A DNA stretch of 63,750 nucleotides, the filler included, from Hyphochytrium catenoides (lineage: Eukaryota > Protista > Hyphochytriomycota): assembly GCA_900088475.1 (NCBI GenBank). It is 8 parts of 8 records of this genome, joined end to end, with 100 filler letters (N's around TTAATTAATTAA, not from the genome) between each part and the next. Parts side by side here need not be neighbours in the genome. Positions count along the whole stretch, not along the records: positions 34,551 to 48,724 come from FLMG01000481.1; 7 more parts are not named here. One strand, 5' to 3'. Made by a program: the position numbers and the translations under genes. Numbering within the stretch: the first letter of the stretch is position 1; every line of letters starts with the position of its first letter. Shown here in pieces: positions 35,835 to 47,095 of the stretch. The notes under the pieces are model-generated. The model worked only from the letters and a program-made list of their open reading frames with translations, was not told where the DNA came from and made no database searches.

Positions 35835-37475
35835 ATGTCGGTGAGCACCGACTACGAAGGACACTACCCGAACACACCTGGAGGAGGAGAAGAAGAGAGA
35901 GAGAGAAGAGAGACACCGCCGTACTCTCTCCGTGTGGACCCTTTCCAGAATGACCGAGCCACAGAGATCAAGTTTCTCTCTTTCGCCAGGCCTCACATGC
36001 GCGCCTTCCATCTCTCTTGGCTCGGCTTCTTCCTCGCCTTCACGGGCTGGTTTGCCATCCCGCCGCTGATTCCTCATATAAAGGACGACTTAGAGCTCAC
36101 CAACGCAGAGATCGATACTTCTAACATTATCGCTGTCTCCGGAACCATCTTTGCCCGTCTATTATTAGGGCCAATTTGCGATCTTCTTGGCCCAAGAACA
36201 GCCTTCACGGCCGTTCTTTTCTTGGGCGCAGTGCCCGTGGGACTGGTCGGGGCAGTAAATAGCTCGATGGGCTTCCAGGTCGTGAGGTTCTTTATTGGCT
36301 TTGTAGGCGCGGCGTTTGTCTGCTGCCAGTTCTGGACGAGCAACATGTTTGCAGGGGAGATTGTAGGCACGGCCAATGCTTTGGCGGGAGGATGGGGAAA
36401 CATGGGCGCAGGGTTTACGGCTCTAGTCCTGCCGCTTGTCTATGATCTCTTCCATGACGTCTTTGGTCTCTCTCTCTCTCTCTCCTGGAGGATCATCGTC
36501 GCTATTCCTGCGCTGTTGATGATTCTCTGTGGTGGGTCCATCTTCTTCTTCTCAGATGACTGCCCCAAGGGAAACTATAAAGAGATGAACAAGAAGAAAG
36601 AGAGAAAGGATGTCTCTCCTGGAAAGGCCTTCTCTCTCGCTGCTGCTAACTTTAACACTTGGCTCCTGGGAGCAATGTACGCCGCTTGCTTTGGAGTTGA
36701 GCTGATGGTTGACAACGCTCTTCCTCAATATTTCTATGAAGATTTCACCAAGAAAGACTGCGATCCTCTTCTAGAAGGAGAGAAAGCATGCAAGATTTTC
36801 TCTTCTGTCTCCTCTGCTGGCGTCGTAGCGTCTATCTTTGGCTTGATGAACATCTTCAGTCGTCCTTTGGGAGGGTTTCTCTCCGATCGATGTGCCAGAC
36901 GCTGGGGAATGAGAGGGAGACTGTGGGTTCTCTTCTCCCTTGTCGTGGGAGAGGGAGTCTTTCTCATTGTCTTCTCTCTCTTGCACGAGGCTGTCAGCGG
37001 GATAACTGTTCTCATTCTCTTCTCTTTCTGCTGTCAAGCGGCTTGTGGCGCGACCTTTGGCATTGTTCCCTCCGTTGTTCCTGCTTATGTTGGGGCCGTG
37101 TCAGGCATTGTAGGAGCAAGCGGGAACATTGGCGCCATGAGCTGGGGCTTTCTCTTTAGGTTTATTGGGAACAAGAGAAGAGGCTTTCTCTATATGGGAA
37201 TCATTGTCACCGGCATCTCTCTTGCTCCCTTTTTGATCTCTCTCCCTGGGCATGATGGCATGCTTTTCAAGGCAAGAGGAGGAGAGAAAGAGAAGAGAGA
37301 AACGTGGGAAGAAGATCCTACGGTCCATGTGGACCAGGACTTGAGGAAGATGAAGGAGGAAGAGAGAGAGAAAGAAGAAGAAGCTCTTCATCCTCCGCAG
37401 TTTGTTGGAACAACGCCAAGAATGGAGGGGAAAGGAGGAAGAGAGAGAAGAGACGGCGTATTGGCGGCCGTGTAA
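35835..37475 (+). CDS. NRT2: High-affinity nitrate/nitrite transporter, NRT2 (MFS NNP family), intronless
   Basis: 546 aa with about 12 hydrophobic segments; RPHMRAFHLSW, FVCCQFWTSNMF, VGTANALAGGWGNMGAG (nitrate signature), YAACFGVEL, FGLMNIFSRPLGG, MRGRL, GATFGIVP, SGIVGASGNIG. Confidence 0.97.
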   Translation: MSVSTDYEGHYPNTPGGGEEERERRETPPYSLRVDPFQNDRATEIKFLSFARPHMRAFHLSWLGFFLAFTGWFAIPPLIPHIKDDLELTNAEIDTSNIIAVSGTIFARLLLGPICDLLGPRTAFTAVLFLGAVPVGLVGAVNSSMGFQVVRFFIGFVGAAFVCCQFWTSNMFAGEIVGTANALAGGWGNMGAGFTALVLPLVYDLFHDVFGLSLSLSWRIIVAIPALLMILCGGSIFFFSDDCPKGNYKEMNKKKERKDVSPGKAFSLAAANFNTWLLGAMYAACFGVELMVDNALPQYFYEDFTKKDCDPLLEGEKACKIFSSVSSAGVVASIFGLMNIFSRPLGGFLSDRCARRWGMRGRLWVLFSLVVGEGVFLIVFSLLHEAVSGITVLILFSFCCQAACGATFGIVPSVVPAYVGAVSGIVGASGNIGAMSWGFLFRFIGNKRRGFLYMGIIVTGISLAPFLISLPGHDGMLFKARGGEKEKRETWEEDPTVHVDQDLRKMKEEEREKEEEALHPPQFVGTTPRMEGKGGRERRDGVLAAV

Positions 37476-38566
37476 GGCAGGTTCATCCTCGCTTTTTATC
37501 GTTATCTAGTGGGGTCCTCTCCCGTCTCTCTTTGTACTCCCTTCCCCCTTTTTTTCTTTCTCTGTCCCTGTCTCTCTCTCTCTCTCTTCTCTAAATCTAT
37601 CCTTGCAATCACATGATGTGTGTGTATATATAGGCTGTAATAGTAGAGAGACCAGACTCTCTGTCTATCTCTCTTGAGGCGCTCTTTGCTTTCTTCTTCT
37701 TATGCTCCCAATCAGTCATCCCCTATGTTTATAAAGACACAAGCTAAAATAAAAGTGAGAGAAGAGAGAAAAGCTTGTCTCGTCTCTTTCATCCTCATCA
37801 AACGCTAGCAACTTGAAGAAAGTGCAATAAAGAGAGAAACTAGATGCAAAAAGAGAGAGACAGACACTGAGGTAAAGAGAGACAGTGCCCTTAGAGCTAG
37901 GAAGAAGGAGAGTTATTTCTCCTTGTCTTTTCTGTGGCAGGATACCCCCAGGGATGAGAGAGAAACAAGAGAAATATAATAGCACCAGACAACTTTGTCC
38001 TGTTCCTCTTCTCTTTTTTCTACCTCTCTCTCTCTCTCCTCTCTTTTTTTTTCTCTCCTCTTTGAACTCTCTTCTCCTTCTTACCCGTCAGTTGCGTTTG
38101 AGAGAAAAGGAGGAAAGAGAATCAGAGAGAAAGCGAGGAAGAGAAAAGGAAAAAGACTAAGGAGAGAAGCCGAGGAGGGCGAGAGACATAGACAACAAAT
38201 ACACTTCTTGGACGAGTGAGCGAGGAGGAGAGAGATCGGAGCAAAAGAAAAAGACGACACGATCAAAACTACGCATTATTATCAAGCCGAGGAGAACGAG
38301 GAGAGGAGAAGGGAGATCAAGATAGCGGAGGGTGGATTCATGGTGACGAAGAGTCTGCTGGGAGAAGAAGGCGAAAGATGCTTGTCTCTCTCTAAGAGAT
38401 CTGTCTCTCTCTCTCTCTCTCCCCGACTCTCTCACTCTCGCTCTCTCTCTCTCTCTCTTCTTTCTTCCACACTTGTCCTCTCCCTTCTTCGCTTCTTCAG
38501 CTGATCTCTCTCTCTCCTCCTTGGCTGTCTCCTTCTTCCTCCTCTGACAAATGATGTCCTTCAACC

Positions 38567-38700
38567 TCCGACTTTACCGAAAGTAGTAACCGAAAGTAGG
38601 GGCCGCAAGTTGAGCCGAAATCAGGACCGAAAGTTATCTTTCTTAGACGGAAAGTTATACTGAGTGGTACGGTTTCAGTCCTGAAATAACTTTCAGACCT
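38567..38700. promoter_or_regulatory. Cluster of C[CG]GAAAGT motifs
   Basis: ACCGAAAGT at 38576, 38589 and 38626; ACGGAAAGTT at 38647; variants GCCGCAAGTT 38602 and GCCGAAATC 38614; inverted AACTTTCAG near 38688. Confidence 0.5.
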
Positions 38701-38795
38701 AATTTATTTAGGGTGTCTGAGGGGGTTACTGTATGGTAGTAAGAGATGGAGCTGAAGATACGTCTATAAAGGAGAGACAAGAGGGAGAGACAGAC

Positions 38796-38832
<37 letters not shown>

Positions 38833-39244
38833 AGAGAGAGAGAGAGGACAGAGAGAGAGAGAGAGGCAGAGAGAGACAGAGAGAGAGAGACTTCAGGAAG
38901 ACAGAAACAGAGAAAGACTAAGAGAGAGGCGAGAGAGGAAGAGAGAGACATGGCCTTGATGAAGAGGGAATAAGAGAAAGACTGAGAGAGAGAGAGAGAG
39001 TGGGGAAAAGGGGGAGATAGTGAGAGACAGAGAGCGAGAGAGAGTAAAAGGAGGGAAGGGAGAGAACTGCAGAGAGATGTGATATGTCCGGGCAGCTGAT
39101 GTTGTTCACCTTTTCGCCGAGGTCGGACATACATTCAATGGAAGATGAAGCGGTTGCTCTTGGAGAGTTGAAGAGAAGGCTACCACCTGGTTCGTCTCTA
39201 CTACTGGCATGTCACTTTCTTTCTCTCTCTCTCTCTCTCTCTCT

Positions 39245-39294
<50 letters not shown>

Positions 39295-39494
39295 GCTCTC
39301 TCTCTCTCTCTCCCTCTCGCTCTCTCTCTCTATCTCTCTCTCTCTCCTTTCTCTATCTATCTGCCTGTCTATCTCTCACTTTCTCTCTCGCTCACTCGCT
39401 CGCTCTCGGGGTCTTGCTCTCCTCCTCGCTCTCGCTCTCATTTCCTTTCTGACTCTCTTCCTCTCTCTCTCTCTCTCTCTCTCGCTCTCTCTCG

Positions 39495-39527
<33 letters not shown>

Positions 39528-40202
39528 CATCTTCTTTCTTTGTCGCTCTCTCTCTCTTCTCAAAAGTCTTTCCCTGGCCTCATCTTGTTTCTTCTTCCGC
39601 CTTGTGTTCTGCTTGCTCTTCCTGACGTCCGTCTCTTTTGCTTTCTCTCGTCGTTGTGTCTTCTTAGACACTGTGGTTTGTTGTTGCTCTGTTTCTCCGT
39701 TTCTCTGTTTCTGCTCTGGCCAAGTTGCCTAGGAAGACTTCAACTTTCAGTTGTTCCATCATCATCTCTCCCTCTTTCTCTCACACCCTCTTTTTCTCTC
39801 TCTCCTAGTTCTCAATACAACGTGTCTCCTCCCATTTCCTGTCTTTCTCATTCCCTCCCTTTTCTTTGGCCCCTACCCCTGCGTAGTAAGGCTATTCTCT
39901 CTCTCTCGCTCATACTGTCTCTCTCTTGTCCTCTTTTTCTAATTATGCATGCCTTTGCATGCCGCCCAAATAGTTACAGTATCACCTCTCTTCCTACATC
40001 TCTCTTTCTACATCTGTCTTTCTCTCTTCACTCTCGTGGTGCGCCCCGGCATCTTTCTCTCTCTCTCTCCACACATCTGTCTCTCTTTCTGTTTCCTTCT
40101 CTCTCTACATCTATCCCTCTTTCCCTCTCTCTCTACATCTGTCCCTCTTTCTCTCTCTCTCTCTCCACGTGTCTCTCTTTCTTCTCTCTCTTCATCTCTT
40201 CA

Positions 40203-40237
<35 letters not shown>

Positions 40238-40944
40238 GTCCTCCGCACATCAAGTGCCCAGACCCCGTGCCCTTTCGATCTTGAGGAATAATTGTTAGGG
40301 TTACGGGTTCAGAAGCTCCGAACCAATCAGCGGGCAGCTTATTTTTAGGCTGCACTTCATAAAAAAGTATCTACACATCCCACCCACCCTTAACTCAGCC
40401 TACCTCCCACAATCACCATATATTAAGTTAGGCAAGCTGGATGATTACGATGTTGATGTTGGCCACGTGCTCAGAGCTTTTTCGTATAGTTAATACTCTA
40501 CCAGGGTCGGGATGGACCAAAAGTGATGGGGTGGGTGGGCGACCGGTCCGTCTCTCTCTGTGTTCGGAGGGTCAGAAGGCTGGGCACAGCCTGGACCTCA
40601 AACACAGGTTAACCACCAAACCCACTATCTCAATAATCAAAGCGTAGTTTGGGGCTGTTAATATAAAGAGTAAGTAATTACTAAACTTATTAATCTCACA
40701 CAGCGCTAGGAATGAATACTCAGCATTCTACCCGTTCGAAAGGGTTCAGGCTCTGTCTCTCTCGGTTCCACTTTTAGCCATTTTTGCCCAACCCACGGCT
40801 CAGGTAGGCATAGGATCGGAACACAGGCGTTACCACCTCTAATCTTAACAGTTGATAAGACATTACGGGCGGTTAATCTTTAGTTTGGAGCCATCAGCCA
40901 ATTGGAATGAGAAGTTCAGTGAGTTGACATTTGCCACGCCCCTC

Positions 40945-40985
<41 letters not shown>

Positions 40986-41681
40986 CTCTCTCTCCGTCTT
41001 TTCTTCCGCTTCCTTTCTCTCTTCTGCCCATGCTTCTTCCCTCTGTGCTCTTTCTTTCTCTCTTCTGGTTTCTTCCTTTCTTCATCTTCTTCCATCAGCT
41101 CCGTCCGTCTCATCTTCACGGCACCCATCATCAGAGCCCAACCCTATGCTCAATCTCTATTTCTCTCTCTCTCTCTGCCTCTCTCTTTGCGTGCTCCAAC
41201 TCTTACCTCTCACTCTCGTCTCTTCCTGTCTTTTCCTCCTTCTTGCCCTCCTTTATACCTCTCTCACCCCTCTCTCTCGTACACTCAACCTCTCTCTCTC
41301 TCTCTCTCTCTTTCCCTCTCTCTCTGTGTCTCCGTCTCCCCTTAGCCTATATTCCGTCTCTCGCTCCCACTCTCTCTCATCTCTGTCACGCATTCCATTG
41401 TCCCCTCCCCATCATCCTAAGCTGTGGAAAAAGTATATAACTTCGTCATCCCTGACGGACGCTCACGACGTTCTCAGTTTTCCTCTCTCTCTATCTCTCT
41501 TTTCACTCCGCGGCGTTGAGCCTGGGTTGGGCCGCGCCTCCGCCGTTTTTTACTTGACACTTTCCTGAGCTGACTTGCTCAGCGGCGGCCTGGGCTCCGT
41601 CTTTCTCTTCCTTCCTACCAATTTCTCTTCTCAATCTCTTTAGCTTTGTGTGCCCTATAGTGGTTTTAGGGAAAGAGAGAG

Positions 41682-43235
41682 ATGAAGTTCTTCAATAGAT
41701 TTTCTGAGGCTTCAGATATGGCCACGCCCACGCAGTCTGAAGCTGGAAATACTCTGGGCCGCCGGACCCGAACGTATGATGTCGTCAACACACCGAGTCT
41801 GTTAGGAGAACATCTGGATTTCCAGGAAGAGACTCCAAAAAAGAGATTCAATCCGAAGATCGTCGGTGCCGTTGGCGCGGTTGCGGTTGTCGCCGTCATT
41901 GTGATGGTAGGCGTGCTGGTGCACAACTCTCAGTCATCTTCAGAAGAGAAAGGAGAAGACACGACGCTTGGGGCGTCGACGGGAGGGAACTTCTTCTCTT
42001 CGATATGGATGTGCGAGGGAGAAGGCGGCGCCTTCTCGGCAGCACATTGCGATAAAGAGAAGAACCCTTGCGCTGGCCCTCGCACTGTGAAGTGCTGCAA
42101 GCCCGATGATGTGCAGGCGTGCATTGAGGATGATCTGGCTAACTGTGACCTCAATAACTCTCCGTCAACCTGTTCCTCAGGCCCTGAATGGTACTGCCAA
42201 AGGCCCAACGTACAGGAGAGTACTCCTGTCTTTTCTGCCTCTTTCTGCACGACAGAGGCTAAGGACTTGGCCTGCAGCTCAGGCCAGCCTCTCTTCCGCA
42301 AGTGCTGCGACTCTTCGCATGCCGGCATTGTCTGCTCTTCATGGGAAGTCTCTGCAGAAGATTGTCTCTCTTCCGGGAAGGAAGATCCTCAGGACTGTCA
42401 AGGCAGCGGTAGCAGTAGTGGCAGTGGCAATAGCACTGATCGCTCCGTCGATGAGCTTATTGGCTCTAAGAATTCCACCACCGAGTCGCCGACCCAAGAA
42501 CCCACGCCGGCGCCTACTCCTGCGCCAACCCCTGTTCCTACGCCTGCCCCTACCCCTGCTCCTACGCCCGCCCCTACGCCTGCTCCTCAGCAGAGAGAGG
42601 GCCTGACGGTGTATAACTTCTGCGGGGGAGACACCGATGTGTTCTTTGGGCCACGGTCGTTAGTCTTGGGAGATCAGTGCATGAACGGAAAGTACTGCAC
42701 GGACTTCAATGAGGATAACTCCGCCTTCTGGGTGAACTTCAAAGGCATCGGCTCCCTCAACTTTGGCTCTAGGACACTGGCAGAGATCAATCTACGGAAC
42801 AACGAGGCGTGGTGGGACATTAGCTTAGTGAAGGGCTATAACTACCCCGTGAAGATCGAGTACAATCTAGTAGGCGGTGCCCCTGGAGGAATGCATCCTG
42901 TCTCTGTGTGCAATGGGCCTAACTGCCCTGACGCCTACTGGATCTGCGATACCTCGAACCCTAACGTGTTCAACCCTAACTACCAGGGTTATAACGGCAA
43001 TGGCTACTTTACCATTACCTTCTGTCCCAAGGGAGAGCCTGATACGAAGCCTCCGCCCAGCTATGCGAAGCCCCAGGTGCGCTTCGTTTCTGGAGAGGCG
43101 CCTTTCTACTGCCCATGTGACAAGGGAATGGCTCCGCTCAACACAATCCAGCCTCCACCGAAGACTATTCTCTCGGGACCAGGACAATGTGGTCCTATTC
43201 TGGACGACTCCAACAGGCACAATCAGGTCAGGTAG
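41682..43235 (+). CDS. Type II membrane protein: TM, two Cys-rich modules, Ser/Gly and PTPA stalk, thaumatin-like domain; intronless
   Basis: 517-aa ORF. TM IVGAVGAVAVVAVIVMVGVLV; thaumatin-like motifs LTVYNFC, TLAEINL, WWDISLVKGYNYPVKI, C...NCPDAY, FTITFCP. Confidence 0.85.
   Translation: MKFFNRFSEASDMATPTQSEAGNTLGRRTRTYDVVNTPSLLGEHLDFQEETPKKRFNPKIVGAVGAVAVVAVIVMVGVLVHNSQSSSEEKGEDTTLGASTGGNFFSSIWMCEGEGGAFSAAHCDKEKNPCAGPRTVKCCKPDDVQACIEDDLANCDLNNSPSTCSSGPEWYCQRPNVQESTPVFSASFCTTEAKDLACSSGQPLFRKCCDSSHAGIVCSSWEVSAEDCLSSGKEDPQDCQGSGSSSGSGNSTDRSVDELIGSKNSTTESPTQEPTPAPTPAPTPVPTPAPTPAPTPAPTPAPQQREGLTVYNFCGGDTDVFFGPRSLVLGDQCMNGKYCTDFNEDNSAFWVNFKGIGSLNFGSRTLAEINLRNNEAWWDISLVKGYNYPVKIEYNLVGGAPGGMHPVSVCNGPNCPDAYWICDTSNPNVFNPNYQGYNGNGYFTITFCPKGEPDTKPPPSYAKPQVRFVSGEAPFYCPCDKGMAPLNTIQPPPKTILSGPGQCGPILDDSNRHNQVR
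42501..42587 (+). repeat. Coding PTPA (12-nt) repeat, mucin-like stalk
   Basis: Seven PTP[A/V] units with synonymous codon variation. Confidence 0.95.
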
Positions 43236-43932
43236 AGCGAGAGAGACTTGTAGGAGAGAGAGAGAGAGAGACGCCTGTTCCCTTATCTCTGCACTTATTT
43301 ATCAAAGGACCGGGACGAAAGATAGAAAGGAGCTTGATGAAGAGAGGCAGGAAGTCGTGTGTCTCTCTTTTACCTTTCCTGACTTTTCTTCTTTGTACTT
43401 CCCTCCATACATTTTTCAAACAAGAGGCCATACAGCTCTTTTATTTTTATGATAAATCAGAAGTTAAGTTAGCACAATTCTCTCCTTTGTTACCTTCTTC
43501 CTTCATTGTCCAAAGTTGCCAAAAAGAGAGAGAGAGAGAGAGGTGTAGTGAGACAATAATAGGAGTAGGAAGGAGAGGAACAAGCGTTGTTGTTCCACGA
43601 GAAAGATCATCTTCAGGGACAGGACGATAAAGAAAGAGAATAGAAGTGAGACAACTAGTGGTCGCGCTTTCCCCTCTCTACCTTTGATCGCGAGGAGAGA
43701 AGAAAAGGAGAGATCTCCTTCTCGTTCTTCTTATCCCTAACAGTACCATCAATCAGAGGAACAACCAGTGAGGAAGAGAGTGCTTTAAGCCACAACCTCA
43801 CCAACTAAGTACTCGTAGGAGAAGGAAAAAGGGAAAGAGAAGAAAGACAGAGAAATAGACCGAGAGAGAGAGAGAGACTGAATAGATCGAAGGCAGAGAA
43901 AGAAGAGGGAGATGCTCTATTTTTCCTTTAAT

Positions 43933-43970
<38 letters not shown>

Positions 43971-44399
43971 GAAAAGAGGACCCAACCATCTCTCTTTCTC
44001 TTATGTTTCTATTACAAAGCAGGGAAGTTTATTATTGGAAAGGCATTGGAAAATGTTCATCATCAATCATCAGGACAGGGCCCTTCAACTACAGCACGGA
44101 TTTAGTAATCATACTTGTGATTTATCAAAAAGCGAAACCCCATATAGCTTAGTAATCAATGTAAACCCTTTGCCACTGATTTATCTGTATGATTATTGCT
44201 CAGCTGACAGTATCTGCAGCTTTTGCCTCTTGAGATCAGGATTGGGGGACATCTTTGTGCTGCAGGAGGGAGAGAGAGGAGAGAGAGAGAGAGAAAGGGA
44301 GAGGGAGGGAGAGAGGGAGAGAGGGAGAGAGAGAGAGAGGGAGAAAGAGAGAGAGAGAGAGAGACAGAGAGAGAGAGAAATAGAGACAGAGATAGAAAT

Positions 44400-44448
<49 letters not shown>

Positions 44449-44784
44449 CAGAGACCGAGAGAGATTGAGAAAGAGGCAGAGAAATGCATGAGAGAGAGAT
44501 TGATAAGAACTCGGGAACTCGGAGACTTGTGGATTGAGAGAAAGGAGAAAGCGGGAAGAGCCTCAAGCTTCACTTCCCGGCAATAGCAACAGGTCCAGTC
44601 AGACTCTTGTCCATCAGAGAGGAGAGGAGAGAGAAAGAGGGATCCCAAAGGGAAGAGGTTTCAAAAGAAAGAAGAGAGAGTTAAGAGACGCGAACGACTG
44701 GGCGACAGGAAAGACAGAGCTGCTGATCTCTCTCCGTCTTCCCTCGTTTGGCAAAGCTCTGCGAGGAAAGAGATTCTACTGCTC

Positions 44785-45182
44785 ATGGAAGCTTCAAGCT
44801 ATCAGCCCCACGAGGTTGAAGAGGTACCGATCACCATCTCTGACTTTCTCTCTCTTGTTTTCTTTCTTTTTCTTTCTCTCTCTCTCTCTCTCTCTCTCGC
44901 TCTCTTTCTCTCTCTCTCGCTCTCTCTGTCTCTCTCGATCTCTCTCCCTCGATCTCTTGTTACTGTCTTTCGTACTCTCTCAGAGTTGAAGCTATTGGGG
45001 TACCTCCTCTTTCTCTCTCTCCCGTTTTGTGTCTCACAGCTGACATAGAATGACCTTCCATCCCTCTCTCTCCTTCCTTCTCTCTCTCTCCGATTTGCTC
45101 CTTTCCTCTACTCAATCCCTCACTCTGCCTCTCTTCTCATCTCTCTCTCACTTCTCTCTTTCTCTCTCTCACTACTCTCCCT

Positions 45183-45219
<37 letters not shown>

Positions 45220-46235
45220 GCTCTCTCTCTCTCTCCCTTTTTCTCTAGCCTCTTCTGGAGCCGTACCAGTATCTTCTCTCTGTTCCTGGGAAAGATGTCC
45301 GTGGGATGCTGATCGACGCCTTTCAGCTGTGGCTCCGAGTCCCAGAAGAGAAAGTCCAGGCGGTGAAGGAAATCGTGACGAAACTCCATACCGCCAGCTT
45401 GATGTACGAGAGAGAAGGGGAGAGAAAGAGCAACGACAAGAGTAGGGAGAAACGAGAGAGAGAGAGAGAGAAAGAGAGACCGCCAGCTTGATGTACGAGA
45501 GAGAAGATGAGAGAAAGAGCAACGACAAGAGTAGGGAGAGACGAGAGAGAGAGAGACAGAGAGAAAGAGAGAGAGAAAAAGAGGGGAGAGAGAAAGAGAG
45601 AGAGAGACATGAGAGAGTAATGGAGGGAGAGAGAGGTATAAGGAAAGACTGGAAGGTATAAAGGGTCCGGAACGAAGAAAGAAACGATGCGTAGAAGGAG
45701 GCAGAGACAAAGATGGACGGCACGAAGAGGAAGAGAGAATATGTATAAGGTTAGACCCTACGCTCTCTCTCTCTCTTTCTGAAACCTGTTTTCTCTCTCC
45801 CTGCTGACAGGATTGACGATGTTGAAGACAATTCCAAGCTACGGAGAGGAGTGCCTGGTAGGACTGTTTTCTCCCAATTTTTTGGTTGATATCATTCGTT
45901 TTCTTCGCGCGCTTCTCTCTCATTATCTTCCTTCCTCTTTCTCTTGTTTCTCTCTCTGCTCTTCGTGCGATCCTCTCGTGCTTTGTAGGTATTCCTTTTT
46001 CTTCTGATGTCTCTCCCTTTGCCTTCAGTTCGTCGCAGTCCTGTCCTTTTCTCCGCTGATAGATATGTACACTACCATCCTTGGACGTCTTCTTCTTCTC
46101 TCTCTGTCCTGCGGGGTCTCTCTCTCTCTCTCAGTCTCTCTCCTCTCCTTATCCCCTCTCTCTCTAAACTTGCTATCCGGTTGTCTCTAATTCTATTCCC
46201 TACCAATGCCTTCTCTTTTCCCTTCTCACGATGCC

Positions 46236-46273
<38 letters not shown>

Positions 46274-47053
46274 TTTTCTCTCTCTCTCTCCCCCGCCACC
46301 TACAGTGACCCACACAATCTATGGCACGCCATCGACGATTAACACTGCGAATTATGTGACATTCTTGGCGTTAGAAGACTGCCATCGGCTGGGGAGCAAA
46401 CAGGCGATAGACGCGTTTGTCTCGGAGCTTCTGTCTCTTCACAAAGGCCAAGGCCTTGATATTCTGTGGAGAGATAGAGGGAGATGCCCCACAGAAGAGG
46501 AATATACGGACATGGTCATAGACAGTAAGTGCAGTGACGGTGTCCTCGCTCTCTTTCTCTCTCGTTCTCTCTCTCTTCTCTTCTCTCTCTCTCTCTTTTC
46601 TTTCGCTCCTCGAGTTCTCCTCTGATCCTCTTCATGATCATAGACAGTAAGTGCAGTGACAGTGTCCTCGCTCTCTCTCTCTCTTCTCTTCTCTCTCTCT
46701 CGCTTTTTTTCGCTTCTCTATTTATCCTCTGATTCTCTTAGTTACCGCTGATCTCTCTTCTTCACTTCTCATTGTTCCTATCTCTGACGCTCGCCTTCCC
46801 TTTCTCTCTCTTTCTGTTCTCTCTCCTCTTGTTTCCCACTTTCTTCTCTTCTTTCTCTGCATACGCACAAATACCCCTTTCTCTCTCTTTCTGTTCTCTC
46901 TCCTTCTTGTTTCCCACTTTCTTCTCTTCTTTCTCTGCATACCCACAAATACACTCTCCTTGATTCTCTCTCCTGTCCCCTAAAGGCCTATGACCGTTCT
47001 CATCCTTTGTCACTCTGCATCTCTTTCTCTCTCTCTCTTTCTCTCTCTCTCTC

Positions 47054-47095
<42 letters not shown>

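Noticed and set aside
40294-40308. Telomeric repeat (TTAGGGTTACGGGTT)
   Set aside because: Only one exact unit, internal; compatible with chance.
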